The position numbers were made by a program, and so were the translations under genes. 64,000 nt of DNA from Patescibacteria group bacterium (GTDB taxonomy: Bacteria; Patescibacteriota; Patescibacteriia; UBA2591; JAQUPP01). Within the stretch, counting starts at the first letter, position 1. The number at the start of each line of letters is the position of its first letter. This document shows positions 30,101 through 36,711 of the stretch, piece after piece. The stretch spans positions 477,046-541,045 of the forward strand of contig JAQUPP010000001.1 in the NCBI GenBank assembly GCA_028716665.1, given 5' to 3'. Under the pieces are notes generated by a model that was not told the DNA's origin, ran no database searches, and saw nothing but the letters and a program-made list of their open reading frames with translations.

Positions 30101-30125
30101 AATGAATACTAATTATCAGCAATAA
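21189..30125 (+). CDS. Giant surface protein (2978 aa): VirB2/TrbC-like pilin, Big_5-type Ig and IPT/TIG repeats, Cys-rich modules, CBM-like domain, C-terminal pilin-like head
   Basis: 'GGFKWMTSGGDE.KI.EAKK.M.AG.VGILII..AYAI' pilin; 'W.FTT' Ig ends; 'I.G.NFG...WS...I' IPT repeats. Confidence 0.85.
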   Translation: MKIEIIRQTANKKQLKKNIFLGFLCLLMVSGFLFFILSPVMTKAQEMNNGLENFRSAANYANTDLPTAMGRIMKIVLGVLGLAATVIVIMGGFKWMTSGGDENKISEAKKLMMAGIVGILIIVLAYAISSFIIGKLMSVTPPPPPCVGSSCLNNPYNPLPVDVFKVKRIESTHGSSLKAGSLQTDYHQDVYLCSAVQPMFNNWINAEAIKDLAQNDLRVETTTGGNKINGEWQTRDGIIIFKHQDLFNENTEYTTYLPKAILNTSSKTLQDCLASGTANGKCIENGSYFIWNFTTGTTTDKVAPTITSVYPILDQTNKHYPDQNVSLKPAIEVNFSEAIDATTVIEEDSVNPISDNIWLAEIDKQGGIIKETLLPEEFTVNMSDNGFRLNLSDANLLKPFTWYRIHVSDIKDLCSNKMAAAMEWEFQTNDRAPGISSVYPEGNKVCLDSNISIVFNTQMYDNNIDIEISDGVDTFTTNMTPSVIGVPYQKVITGGIFKVDNPKDPIDNGFRIFTFEPTNNLKSNTKYTIKINTDLVIDQKGALLAREWNFTTATPETCLCSPWISSLNPEQGSNGQCLTISGACFTGTDLQSADPKIEFILNSVSKPATIGGKDKNYITTVVPSDYIKSDQPQVQVTIKYRTGGEELVSNPSEFTVDSDETATGPCLWSINPSSGYPSETSVNLSGLRFGPASGQTTQQVKFYNNQSASFKTWSDNLIEKTLVPTDAVTGNVAIINDAGTSNGIPFTVLPHVGSAGSLCRASECPSNPLNTCTAPYQCKNESTDTCRCCCDPKNDLCASPLHCLADQGSCNSTSAINPRGLCCGCTGDDQCGAGAGCGMLDSNRCCYNQPTVKISACSNPQNPSKKIGNNTAISIIFSDLMNYGSLKEENIKIFEETAGICKLDKICEQETSCNCQVKNATVCTVNKNNKECNYEHIPVQGRIINSDVQREEICKLATLNCDKDKGCDCKNGNKIVCTVKKDKDSCAYYVSDHTETVFYPSECRLEEETLYKVTIRGGINGKGIISKSGVSIKDKEFTFTTGNKYNFCDVDQIKVSPVSTIIKSFKEIKKFTAQAKDTENNSICVPGFIWGFPDDINVANYIESCSPANCDCINSQGPSCARNLKKVLMNPAIEANVQAQAEGATGVSAFTAGKNGLANLEVDLISPVITSISPEEGTNNPIIPTYVTITGINFGSSQGESKIMFGNVTADIACQNWSDKSIVAIVPPSLDKGLNQVTIFQSDQGASNQVGFKVQDSFHPAICKLQPNFGKTGDIVSINGKNFGDTMANNGKIIIGDPLNGGVELVKTVNNKSNPNILSWSNQEIKIKMPEVAQNEAEVTVSVPSPIEAGNPLKISNPVTFHKAPIITSITPGDGPKKTWITIHGYNFGSVKGVVSFKYNNTNYSAADLPTYCGSSWSDTQIIVEAPQILPDVATDQDSYNLQIEVDTDYGIASQSVKWTLNKKLLGPALCSINPSNGWPGFSPVTIQGERFNLASGESARSLVFNKDKEAAILTWSTDGAINNIAVPQDATSGNVVVTKTIQTNSRQKCIGISFGGKCFGKKQTVWDEIKMTSNPLHFNIVPLGGCGIFGTLDTRDRDPILVGEKENEYPPVNPFDSQSVGTLATDGKYLYTKSWSGYDQWPNGVYGCTNGSGCEDNMISKIGTGYQGTVSGKIYKKDLATVNHSLTMTYFPDDWLYNGYTNNGHNLERVNVITGAVDYVEIPSSTPLMNRETGRDLTELYEDLLITSDGKYVYNLAHGINGSYYNGFRVKIFDPNKNWQLVKEWTSIGSGSYIPSFYTDGIIADGDYIYAIQWGTAGGGGYLIRKMEALTGKVIAEWTSEQKQLNNPQGKNTDIISGQYDWVNNKVWLGDLVDRRNADNKCDQCSGYCHCTPAYIYRYACQGAGQLGLPQVIGDANCETNLPSPSPAADLSAVCSNAVISARFNQKVSGLTPLNILVQKCNNGSDNFNSQNCTADVAGSISLDSFNSQGFIFTPTNNLDANYWYQITLKSGSTGIKNLNNYSLDGNKNNIQDGEDNYFWHFKTGSNLCSPEKVKISETVLVGEKAGIIIKPGTRNYFAQAFGPNCQILKSASFSWTWTSTKSEFATVGSSVNNQTTATGVDLGETDITVTTTQPDPSDATKEIKLSNKTHLIVATRPTAINYPAVGSTNICLNTSISATFDQLMDGSTLNSKTIKFYKVVPDLDEEEEGSPLSFNQNINKNILVRFFNNLKNVFLKKTEAAEKINISVVDDAKQTKVYLNIDLLDEKSTYKIEILGGENGVKSKYGIGMTADKSWTFITGKEICKLSEVKTSITGNSEKCTVGADKKSAECSKENSTVNFKAIAKNNRGEEIQSVTGYQLAWSWKSSDTNVATISNTVNNAVATVKNKNGSAQITATAEITGGKEKISNSASIKVFLCEVPWIFEDKLGQAETKEPYTNFRLQYCQGDLKKNLVSNGSFEIDKTKDGIPDNWLNHGKEYSTDGKNSYSGKAAIKPGYSWCQPSDSSVMQYDITIKPNTFYTFSAYVKGENIYAPRIDIRFYHDISEDPHQFSNNCAWYNGGVDKADINCSFSGVLDKDSYKRIYFTFNSGSNDKIQYISLQGVGGVCNPAQACNCGNSSGKPCDASACPRVVWFDNLQLEEGKQPSEYQDFPSLPYLVATETTKSSVVKEFIFTNSVNNDVIGLKVLKNPDYLTPFEWYKKNVPNPGSPTSLIVNGYQAVKEGRTVYVGATNVDNNEIIEGLIYLISYSDNAKPETIDIFNKLVEDWQFNTNKTVDKQLIQRDLFRLYDLRTMSQKLADYKSNYDYYPKLESGSFMKGITDSKWPSWKNPQGQFISSMPNDPINQFLNPTSGYCAGCNNASQCDGTCYNQSTSKYECPVGSHVYQYMVKDGGADYSLYLNFETDSLKWQKSCSGMDQSNCEIHYLCGWAANKCQSKLFGYSSDIYKCFDSVYGPVIGKTIIDSYGSISGMNTNYQQ

Positions 30126-30154
30126 TAAATTTTATAAATTGATAAAATATAATT

Positions 30155-30760
30155 ATGCCAGATGAAATAAAAAATTTAGATGCGGATTTTGCCAATCAAG
30201 ATGGGGGAGTGGAAGATATTTTTGAGGATGTTGAGCGTAAGAATTTTATTTCTGATGAAAATAAAAATTCCGACAATTCATCGTCAAATCGCAAGAAATT
30301 CAATAAGAATTTTGTCCGTGTTGTTTTTATTATTATCATTATCGCGATTGTCGGGGCGGGAGTTTATTATTACGCTTTGCCGAAAATAAAAAATTTAATG
30401 GAACAGGCAAAAATAAAAAAACTCAATCAGACCGGGCAGCCTCAAGCAAATTCGGAAGACAAGACGGCGCCGATAATCATTATTAAGCCGATTGAAATGG
30501 CTCCTGATGCGGATGGTGACGGCTTGACGGATGAAGAAGAAATCACACTGGGCACTGATAAAAATAAATCTGACACTGATAACGATGGTCTTTCCGACCG
30601 AGAAGAAGTTAAAGTTTATTTAACAAATCCCTTAAAACTTGATACTGACGGAGACGGCATTAAAGACAGTCAGGAAATTAAAAATAATACTGATCCGAAT
30701 AATTCAAACCCAAACGCCAAATTATTGGATTTACAAAAAGAAATTGATAAATTAAAGTAA
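30155..30760 (+). CDS. Single-TM protein with DxDxDG Ca-binding (bacterial TSP3-like) repeats
   Basis: 'DADGDGLTDEEE..GTD', 'DTDNDGLSD.EE', 'DTDGDGIKD..E'. Confidence 0.85.
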   Translation: MPDEIKNLDADFANQDGGVEDIFEDVERKNFISDENKNSDNSSSNRKKFNKNFVRVVFIIIIIAIVGAGVYYYALPKIKNLMEQAKIKKLNQTGQPQANSEDKTAPIIIIKPIEMAPDADGDGLTDEEEITLGTDKNKSDTDNDGLSDREEVKVYLTNPLKLDTDGDGIKDSQEIKNNTDPNNSNPNAKLLDLQKEIDKLK

Positions 30761-31086
30761 AGAGTTTTGTTGAAAATTTAGAGGCTGAAAGCCGAATAAA
30801 TTATCATTACAAAACCTTTACCCCCTCCTTTTGAGTGCTTTTAAATTTATGTATTACGTTCTATTTCATAAAATTACAAAAAAACCATATATTGGTTTTT
30901 CGCAAATCTAAAAAAATAATCAAAAGCATCTAAAAGGAGGGGGTACTCAAATTATTAATAAAATTTTTCGCGTTATTGCCAAGCGAGCGAGGGAAAAGAA
31001 AATTTATTTTCTTTTTCGAGCAAGCGCAGGCAACACAGATTTAATAATCTTTATAAATAACTTAAAAATTTTAAAAAATTTGGTAT
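30761..31086 (+). other. Structured leader element, copy A
   Basis: AGAGTTTTGT..ACAAAAC-CTTTACCCCCTCC..GGAGGGGGTACTCAAA..AATTTGGTAT-ATG; homologs at 57745-57935(-), 61678-61895 and, as a minimal copy, 20652-20709. Confidence 0.7.
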
Positions 31087-32673
31087 ATGCCAGAAGAAAC
31101 ACCAATTCAACCGGAACCACAAAAAACAAATACTTCCGCGGTGCAGGATATTTTTTCTAATCCTCCGGCGGCGGCGAAAAGGGAGATTACAGAAGAAGTG
31201 ACTCAATACGGGACTACCGGAGAGATGATTTACGTTATGCCGGAAAAATTTCGTAAAGCTCAGCGCAAGCTATCAAAAAAAGATAAAAATAAATCTCTTA
31301 TTTTAATTTTGTGTCTTTTAATTATTATTATCGGCGGAGGATTGGGATTTTATTTTTGGATAAAAAATTATCATCCGAATATTCCGGTTATCACTCAAAT
31401 TCCGGCCATTACTCAACCGGATGAAAATAATTCTTCTTCTGTCCCGGTCGCAAATACTTCAATTGAACAGACTCTAAAAGCGGAAATAAAAGATCAATCA
31501 GGAGAATCTGTCTCTTGGTTGGAATTCTATTTACCTGCCGGAGCGGTCGATTCAAATTTAAAAATTGAATTAACTTCAGAACCGACAACCAATAATGATA
31601 CATATAATGATTATAAGGTTATTGGAGGAATTTATAAAATTCAATCCACTAATCTTGTTTTGCAAAAATCCGCAACCTTAAGAGCTTTTTATCATAATAA
31701 AATTATTGAAAGCAATTGGGAAAGCGATATTGCCTTGGGTTATTTAAAAGATAATATTTGGACTCCCTTATCAAGCACGCAAGATGCGGAAAATAATTTA
31801 GTCACTGTTCAATTAGACCTTCTGCCCTCCGATACATTTGCTTTGATTGTTTCAAAAAATAAAGCAACGCCTAAAATAGAAACATTTCAAGTGGCTCCGC
31901 AAATTTCTTCCACGATTGATTCTGATCAAGACAGTCTAACCGACACTGAAGAAACGATTTATCGTACGGGTATTAATAATCCTGATACTGATGGCGATGG
32001 CATAAGTGACGGTCAAGAAATAGTTAATTTAACCGATCCGTTGCAAGCGGGGGAGAATAAGCTTTCGGCCGCCGGTTTGGTTAATATTTATACCAACTCC
32101 ACTTTTTCCTACAGTTTTTTCTATCCATCTTCTTGGATAACCAGGGCGATTCCGGAAACTAACAACGAAGAAGTTTTGGTGATTACCAATACCGGAGAAT
32201 TTTTCAGCGCGACGGTGGAAAAAAATCCCGACCAATTGTCTTTGATTGATTGGTATTTAAAACAATCGCCGACAACAGAAAGAAATTTATTGACTAATAT
32301 TACGGTTAATAATCAACCTGCTCTTTGGAGTTCGGATCATTTGACAATTTATATTGCCAAAGATGAAAATGTCTATACGGTTTCATATAATGTCGGCACT
32401 GAAAAAGAGGCGAATTTCAAGGCTACTTTTAAAATGTTAATTAACAGCTTTCAATTCATCATTCCGTCCTCACCCGTTTCATCAAGGCCTGATGGAACTT
32501 TAATAAAATATCCGGACAGCGCCATGGTTTATTTGATTGAAAACGGCAGTAAAAGAGTTTTTAAATCAGGAGAAATTTTTGAAAAATTAGGTTATAAATG
32601 GGAAAATGTGATAGAAATTTCAGCGGATGAAACTTTTTTGGATGGTTCTATCATTGATGAAAATGAATCATAA
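31087..32673 (+). CDS. Single-TM surface protein with TSP3-like repeats, a PsbP-like domain and a C-terminal CPR repeat
   Basis: TM near aa 70-90; 'DSDQDSLTD', 'DTDGDGISDG.E'; 'YTN..FSYSF.YP..W'; 'DGTLIK....VYLIENG.KR'. Confidence 0.8.
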   Translation: MPEETPIQPEPQKTNTSAVQDIFSNPPAAAKREITEEVTQYGTTGEMIYVMPEKFRKAQRKLSKKDKNKSLILILCLLIIIIGGGLGFYFWIKNYHPNIPVITQIPAITQPDENNSSSVPVANTSIEQTLKAEIKDQSGESVSWLEFYLPAGAVDSNLKIELTSEPTTNNDTYNDYKVIGGIYKIQSTNLVLQKSATLRAFYHNKIIESNWESDIALGYLKDNIWTPLSSTQDAENNLVTVQLDLLPSDTFALIVSKNKATPKIETFQVAPQISSTIDSDQDSLTDTEETIYRTGINNPDTDGDGISDGQEIVNLTDPLQAGENKLSAAGLVNIYTNSTFSYSFFYPSSWITRAIPETNNEEVLVITNTGEFFSATVEKNPDQLSLIDWYLKQSPTTERNLLTNITVNNQPALWSSDHLTIYIAKDENVYTVSYNVGTEKEANFKATFKMLINSFQFIIPSSPVSSRPDGTLIKYPDSAMVYLIENGSKRVFKSGEIFEKLGYKWENVIEISADETFLDGSIIDENES

Positions 32674-32695
32674 TAATAATCTTTAAATATAATAT

Positions 32696-33499
32696 ATGTC
32701 AACGGCTGATTTAATCATTAAAAAAAGAGTGGTTATTTTTTTTATAGTAATAGTTTTACTTTTTTTTGCTTTTTCCAATGGAGGAAAAAATACTCTATTT
32801 TTTTTATTGAAACCTTTCGAAAAATTATCTTATAAAATTTCGGGTCATCCGAAAAATTATATTGAATGTCAAAATTGGCAAAATGATAAATTGGCGTTGG
32901 AAAAAGAAATAAATAATCTTAAAACCGAAAATACCAAATTTCAAATATATCAAACGGAAAATCAAGTTTTAAAAAATCATTTAAATTTTTTAGAAACCTC
33001 CAAGGATTCATTTGTCATAACTAATGTTATAGGTAAAAGAATAGAAGCAGGTTATACTTGGTTTTTACTTGATAAAGGTAAAAAAGACGGTGTGAATATT
33101 GATCTGGCAGTTGTTGATGAAAATGGAATATTGGTTGGCACGATAATAAAAGTTGAAGATTATATTTCATTTTTACAGCCGGTTTTTGACAGTCATTCGC
33201 AAATTACCGCTGATATTATCATAAAGGGAGAGAGCCCTAATTCTGTCTCAGGGATAGTGCAGGGAGAATACGGCTTGACTATGAAAATGAATTATATCCC
33301 GCTTGATAAACCGATAAAAACCGGAGATATTATCATTACTTCGGGATTGGAAGAAAATATCAGGAGGGGATTGATAATTGGCGAGGTGGCGGAGATTAGC
33401 AAAAAACCAAATGCAGTTTTTCAGGAAGCAACTATTAAATCACCTAAGTCTCTCTTGGATTTAAGAATCGCGTCAATAATTTTAAAAAATACCCCATAA
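32696..33499 (+). CDS. mreC: Rod shape-determining protein MreC
   Basis: TM plus coiled coil 'ENQVLK..L'; 'LDKG..DGV', 'GD.IITSGL....GL.IG.V'; mreC-mreD-mrdA order. Confidence 0.88.
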   Translation: MSTADLIIKKRVVIFFIVIVLLFFAFSNGGKNTLFFLLKPFEKLSYKISGHPKNYIECQNWQNDKLALEKEINNLKTENTKFQIYQTENQVLKNHLNFLETSKDSFVITNVIGKRIEAGYTWFLLDKGKKDGVNIDLAVVDENGILVGTIIKVEDYISFLQPVFDSHSQITADIIIKGESPNSVSGIVQGEYGLTMKMNYIPLDKPIKTGDIIITSGLEENIRRGLIIGEVAEISKKPNAVFQEATIKSPKSLLDLRIASIILKNTP

Positions 33500-33551
33500 A
33501 GTTTTAAAATATAAAAATGATTTTTAAATTTTTAGATTTTTGTATTCTAAT

Positions 33552-34052
33552 ATGGCCAAATTGAAACTTATATTATTATTTTTTTCAATAATCTGTTTAA
33601 ATATTTTACAGATTTCTTTTTTATTTAAATCTTCGGTTCTAAGGTATTTGAATCTTGCTCTGATTTTAATAATTCTTTTGCTAATTTTTAATAAATTTAA
33701 ATTTGCTATTTTGGCTGTGTTAACGAGCGGTGTTCTATTGGATTTATACTCTATTTTTAAGCCGGGAGTTTTTTTTCTGACATTTTTATTGACTTTGATT
33801 ATCTCTTATAAAATTATCAAAGAATTCAGTCAGATGTCGACGAACAGTGTTTTAATTGTGGCTATTTTAAGTAATATAGTTTATCAAATTATTATTTTAA
33901 TTATTGTTTGGCTTGCTTATTTTTTAAATTTTCAAGATTTTATGGTGGTGACAGACAGATTCTATTGGTTTAATTTTGGCTGGTCTGTTTTAGTAAACAG
34001 CATGGCAATAATCATGGGATATTCAATTATTAAAACTTTACGTCAAAAATAA
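33552..34052 (+). CDS. mreD: Putative MreD
   Basis: Multi-TM with 'G.LLDLYS...G'; lies between mreC and PBP2. Confidence 0.7.
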   Translation: MAKLKLILLFFSIICLNILQISFLFKSSVLRYLNLALILIILLLIFNKFKFAILAVLTSGVLLDLYSIFKPGVFFLTFLLTLIISYKIIKEFSQMSTNSVLIVAILSNIVYQIIILIIVWLAYFLNFQDFMVVTDRFYWFNFGWSVLVNSMAIIMGYSIIKTLRQK

Positions 34053-34075
34053 AACAATGATAAGAAATATTTCTT

Positions 34076-36001
34076 ATGGACGATCCATTTAAAATTCAAC
34101 AAGAAGATAAGAATATCAGAGATGGAAATTTAGAAGGATTTAATCAGCGACGATATACGGGAAATTATTGGCCGCCGGAAGAAAATTGGGCCGGGCCGAT
34201 AGTTTTGCCTATGGAGAAAAAATCTCTTAATGTTTTTATTTTTTTAATGATCGCGGTTTTGACGATTGTATTCGGCAGAATTTTTTGGCTTCAAGTTTTT
34301 TCCGGACAGGAATTTAGGAATATGGCCGAGGGCAATAGAATCCGTGTTGAAACGATTAAGGCGGATAGAGGGCTTATCTATGATCGCTATCAGACTCCGC
34401 TTGTTAAAAATATGCCAAATTTTTCTTTAATAATAATACCTGTGGATTTGCCTAAAAATAAAGAAACAAGGATAGAAATTGTTAATAAAATTTCATCTTT
34501 TTTGGGGAAATCATTAGAAGATTCAATTAAAGAGGAATTGTCTAAGCTTACGGCTGATCAGCCCAATCAATCAGTATACCCCGTTGTTTTAAAAGATAGT
34601 TTGAGTTATGAAGAAGCGATGAAGTTAAAATTGGAAGAAATACCAGGCATCTCCGTAATTGTAGAACCAAAAAGGCAATATTTGGATCCTACTTATTTTT
34701 CGCACGTTATCGGTTATATGGGTAAAATTACACCCGAAGAATTGACTGATAATAAAGGATATTCAAGAACAGATTCTCTTGGTAAAACCGGATTGGAATT
34801 AAATTATGAAAATATTTTAAAAGGAGAAAATGGAGAAACAAATATTGAAGTTGATTCGCTTGGAAGAGAAAAAAGAATCGCCAGTCAAAAAACACCTCAA
34901 ACCGGACAAGATTTGATTTTAACCATTGACGCTGGTTTGCAAAAAAAAGTTACTGACGTTTTGAGTCATTATATTAAAGCGGCCGGCGCTCGCGCCGGAT
35001 CAGCCGTAGCAATAGATCCACGAAACGGCGAGATTCTGGCCATTGTCAGTTGGCCGACTTTTGATAATAATATTTTTATTCAAGCAAGCGCCAGTGATTT
35101 TAAAACTTTAATAGAAGATTCTTTCAAACCATTATTCTTCAGGGCAATCAGCGGTCAATATCCGTCAGGTTCAATTTTTAAGCCGATTGAAATAGCTGCC
35201 GCTTTTGCCGAAGGCATTATTAACGAGAAAACAACAATTCTTTCAACCGGAGGAGTGAGAATCGGACAATGGTTTTTCGGTGATTGGAAAACAGAAGGAC
35301 ATGGTATTACTGATTTTAGAAAAGCTTTGGCCGAATCGGTAAATACTTTTTTTTATTATATCGGCGGAGGATTTGGAAATTTTAAAGGCCTTGGACCGGA
35401 AAAAATTATTCAGTATGCCGAACTTTTCGGTTTAAACAGCAAAACAGGGGTTGATTTAAAAGGCGAGTCATCGGGTTTTTTATTAACACCTGCTTACAAA
35501 GAAAATGTTCAAAAACAGCCGTGGTATATCGGTGATACTTATCATTTATCCATCGGCCAGAGCAATATTTTAGTAACGCCGATTCAAGTGGCGAATTATA
35601 CGGCGGCCATTGCCAATGGCAAAACTCTTTTTCAACCTCGTTTGGTCAAGGAAATTGACAATTCGGAAACCGGCCAAAAAATAATAATTCAGCCGCAAAT
35701 TATCAGAGAAAATTTTATTGATCCAAAATATTTGGAATTAGTCAGAGAAGGAATGCGTCAAACAATAACTGTGGGCAGCGCGCGCAGTTTAAATACTTTG
35801 CCGATTCAAGTAGCCGGTAAAACAGGCACAGCCCAGGTGGAAGGAAAAGGCAATCACGCTTGGTTTACTTGTTTCGCGCCTTATGAAAATCCGGAAATAG
35901 CTCTAACTATTTTAGTGGAAAATGGAGGCGAGGGCTCATCTTTTGCCGCGCCGGCAGCCAAAGAAATTTTATCCTGGTGGGCAGAGCAAAAGAAAAAATA
36001 A
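34076..36001 (+). CDS. mrdA: Penicillin-binding protein 2
   Basis: 'RG.IYDR', SxxK 'GSIFK', SxN 'SVN', 'KTGTAQ'. Confidence 0.95.
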   Translation: MDDPFKIQQEDKNIRDGNLEGFNQRRYTGNYWPPEENWAGPIVLPMEKKSLNVFIFLMIAVLTIVFGRIFWLQVFSGQEFRNMAEGNRIRVETIKADRGLIYDRYQTPLVKNMPNFSLIIIPVDLPKNKETRIEIVNKISSFLGKSLEDSIKEELSKLTADQPNQSVYPVVLKDSLSYEEAMKLKLEEIPGISVIVEPKRQYLDPTYFSHVIGYMGKITPEELTDNKGYSRTDSLGKTGLELNYENILKGENGETNIEVDSLGREKRIASQKTPQTGQDLILTIDAGLQKKVTDVLSHYIKAAGARAGSAVAIDPRNGEILAIVSWPTFDNNIFIQASASDFKTLIEDSFKPLFFRAISGQYPSGSIFKPIEIAAAFAEGIINEKTTILSTGGVRIGQWFFGDWKTEGHGITDFRKALAESVNTFFYYIGGGFGNFKGLGPEKIIQYAELFGLNSKTGVDLKGESSGFLLTPAYKENVQKQPWYIGDTYHLSIGQSNILVTPIQVANYTAAIANGKTLFQPRLVKEIDNSETGQKIIIQPQIIRENFIDPKYLELVREGMRQTITVGSARSLNTLPIQVAGKTGTAQVEGKGNHAWFTCFAPYENPEIALTILVENGGEGSSFAAPAAKEILSWWAEQKKK

Positions 36002-36036
36002 TATTTTTGTAAAATGTGATATAATTTAAAATAAAT

Positions 36037-36687
36037 ATGGGTTTTGATATTTTATCAAATAAAAATACAAGAGTTCTTCTGTTAGTAGCTCATCCCGATG
36101 ATGAAACTATTTTTTGTGGCGGTACAATGCTTCTTTATCCCTATTGCCAATGGGCGGTGGTTTGTATGACCGATGGACCAGGAAATGCTCCGCGTGAAGA
36201 ATTCGAAAAGGCCATAGAAAAATTTAAAAAATTAGGAGTCAATATTATTTCATACTTATGGCTTGGGCAGGAAAAATTTAAGAAAACAAAAAAGGAAATG
36301 AGCGAAGCAGAAAAAAGGGTTATAGAATCAGGAAACAATACCCTAAGATTAAAATGGAAAACCGAAATTGAACAATGTAATTTTAATCCAGACATTGTAA
36401 TAACTCACAACGAAAGAGGCGAATATGGTCATATAGATCATAAAGAGCTACATTTAATTATAAAAAGTTTATTTTCTAATGTTTGGGATTTTTTTTATCC
36501 TAAGCACAATGAAAATAAAATCACCTACAAAAAAAGAGAAAATATTGAATTAAATAATGCAATATTAAAAATAAAAAGAGATATCATCCACGATATCTAT
36601 AAGTCCCAAGTTGATAATTTAAAAGGTCTTCCGGATTTATGTGACTACGAACTTAATAAGGGACCAGAAATATTTATCTCAAGTTAG
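36037..36687 (+). CDS. PIG-L/LmbE family deacetylase
   Basis: 'AHPDDE' and 'THN..GEYGH.DH' motifs. Confidence 0.88.
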   Translation: MGFDILSNKNTRVLLLVAHPDDETIFCGGTMLLYPYCQWAVVCMTDGPGNAPREEFEKAIEKFKKLGVNIISYLWLGQEKFKKTKKEMSEAEKRVIESGNNTLRLKWKTEIEQCNFNPDIVITHNERGEYGHIDHKELHLIIKSLFSNVWDFFYPKHNENKITYKKRENIELNNAILKIKRDIIHDIYKSQVDNLKGLPDLCDYELNKGPEIFISS

Positions 36688-36711
36688 TTTTAATATTTTA
36701 ATTTGAATTAT

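Noticed and set aside
32696-36001. mreB absent from the mre cluster and rodA 27 kb away
   Set aside because: Split elongasome operons are common, and mreB may lie outside the window.
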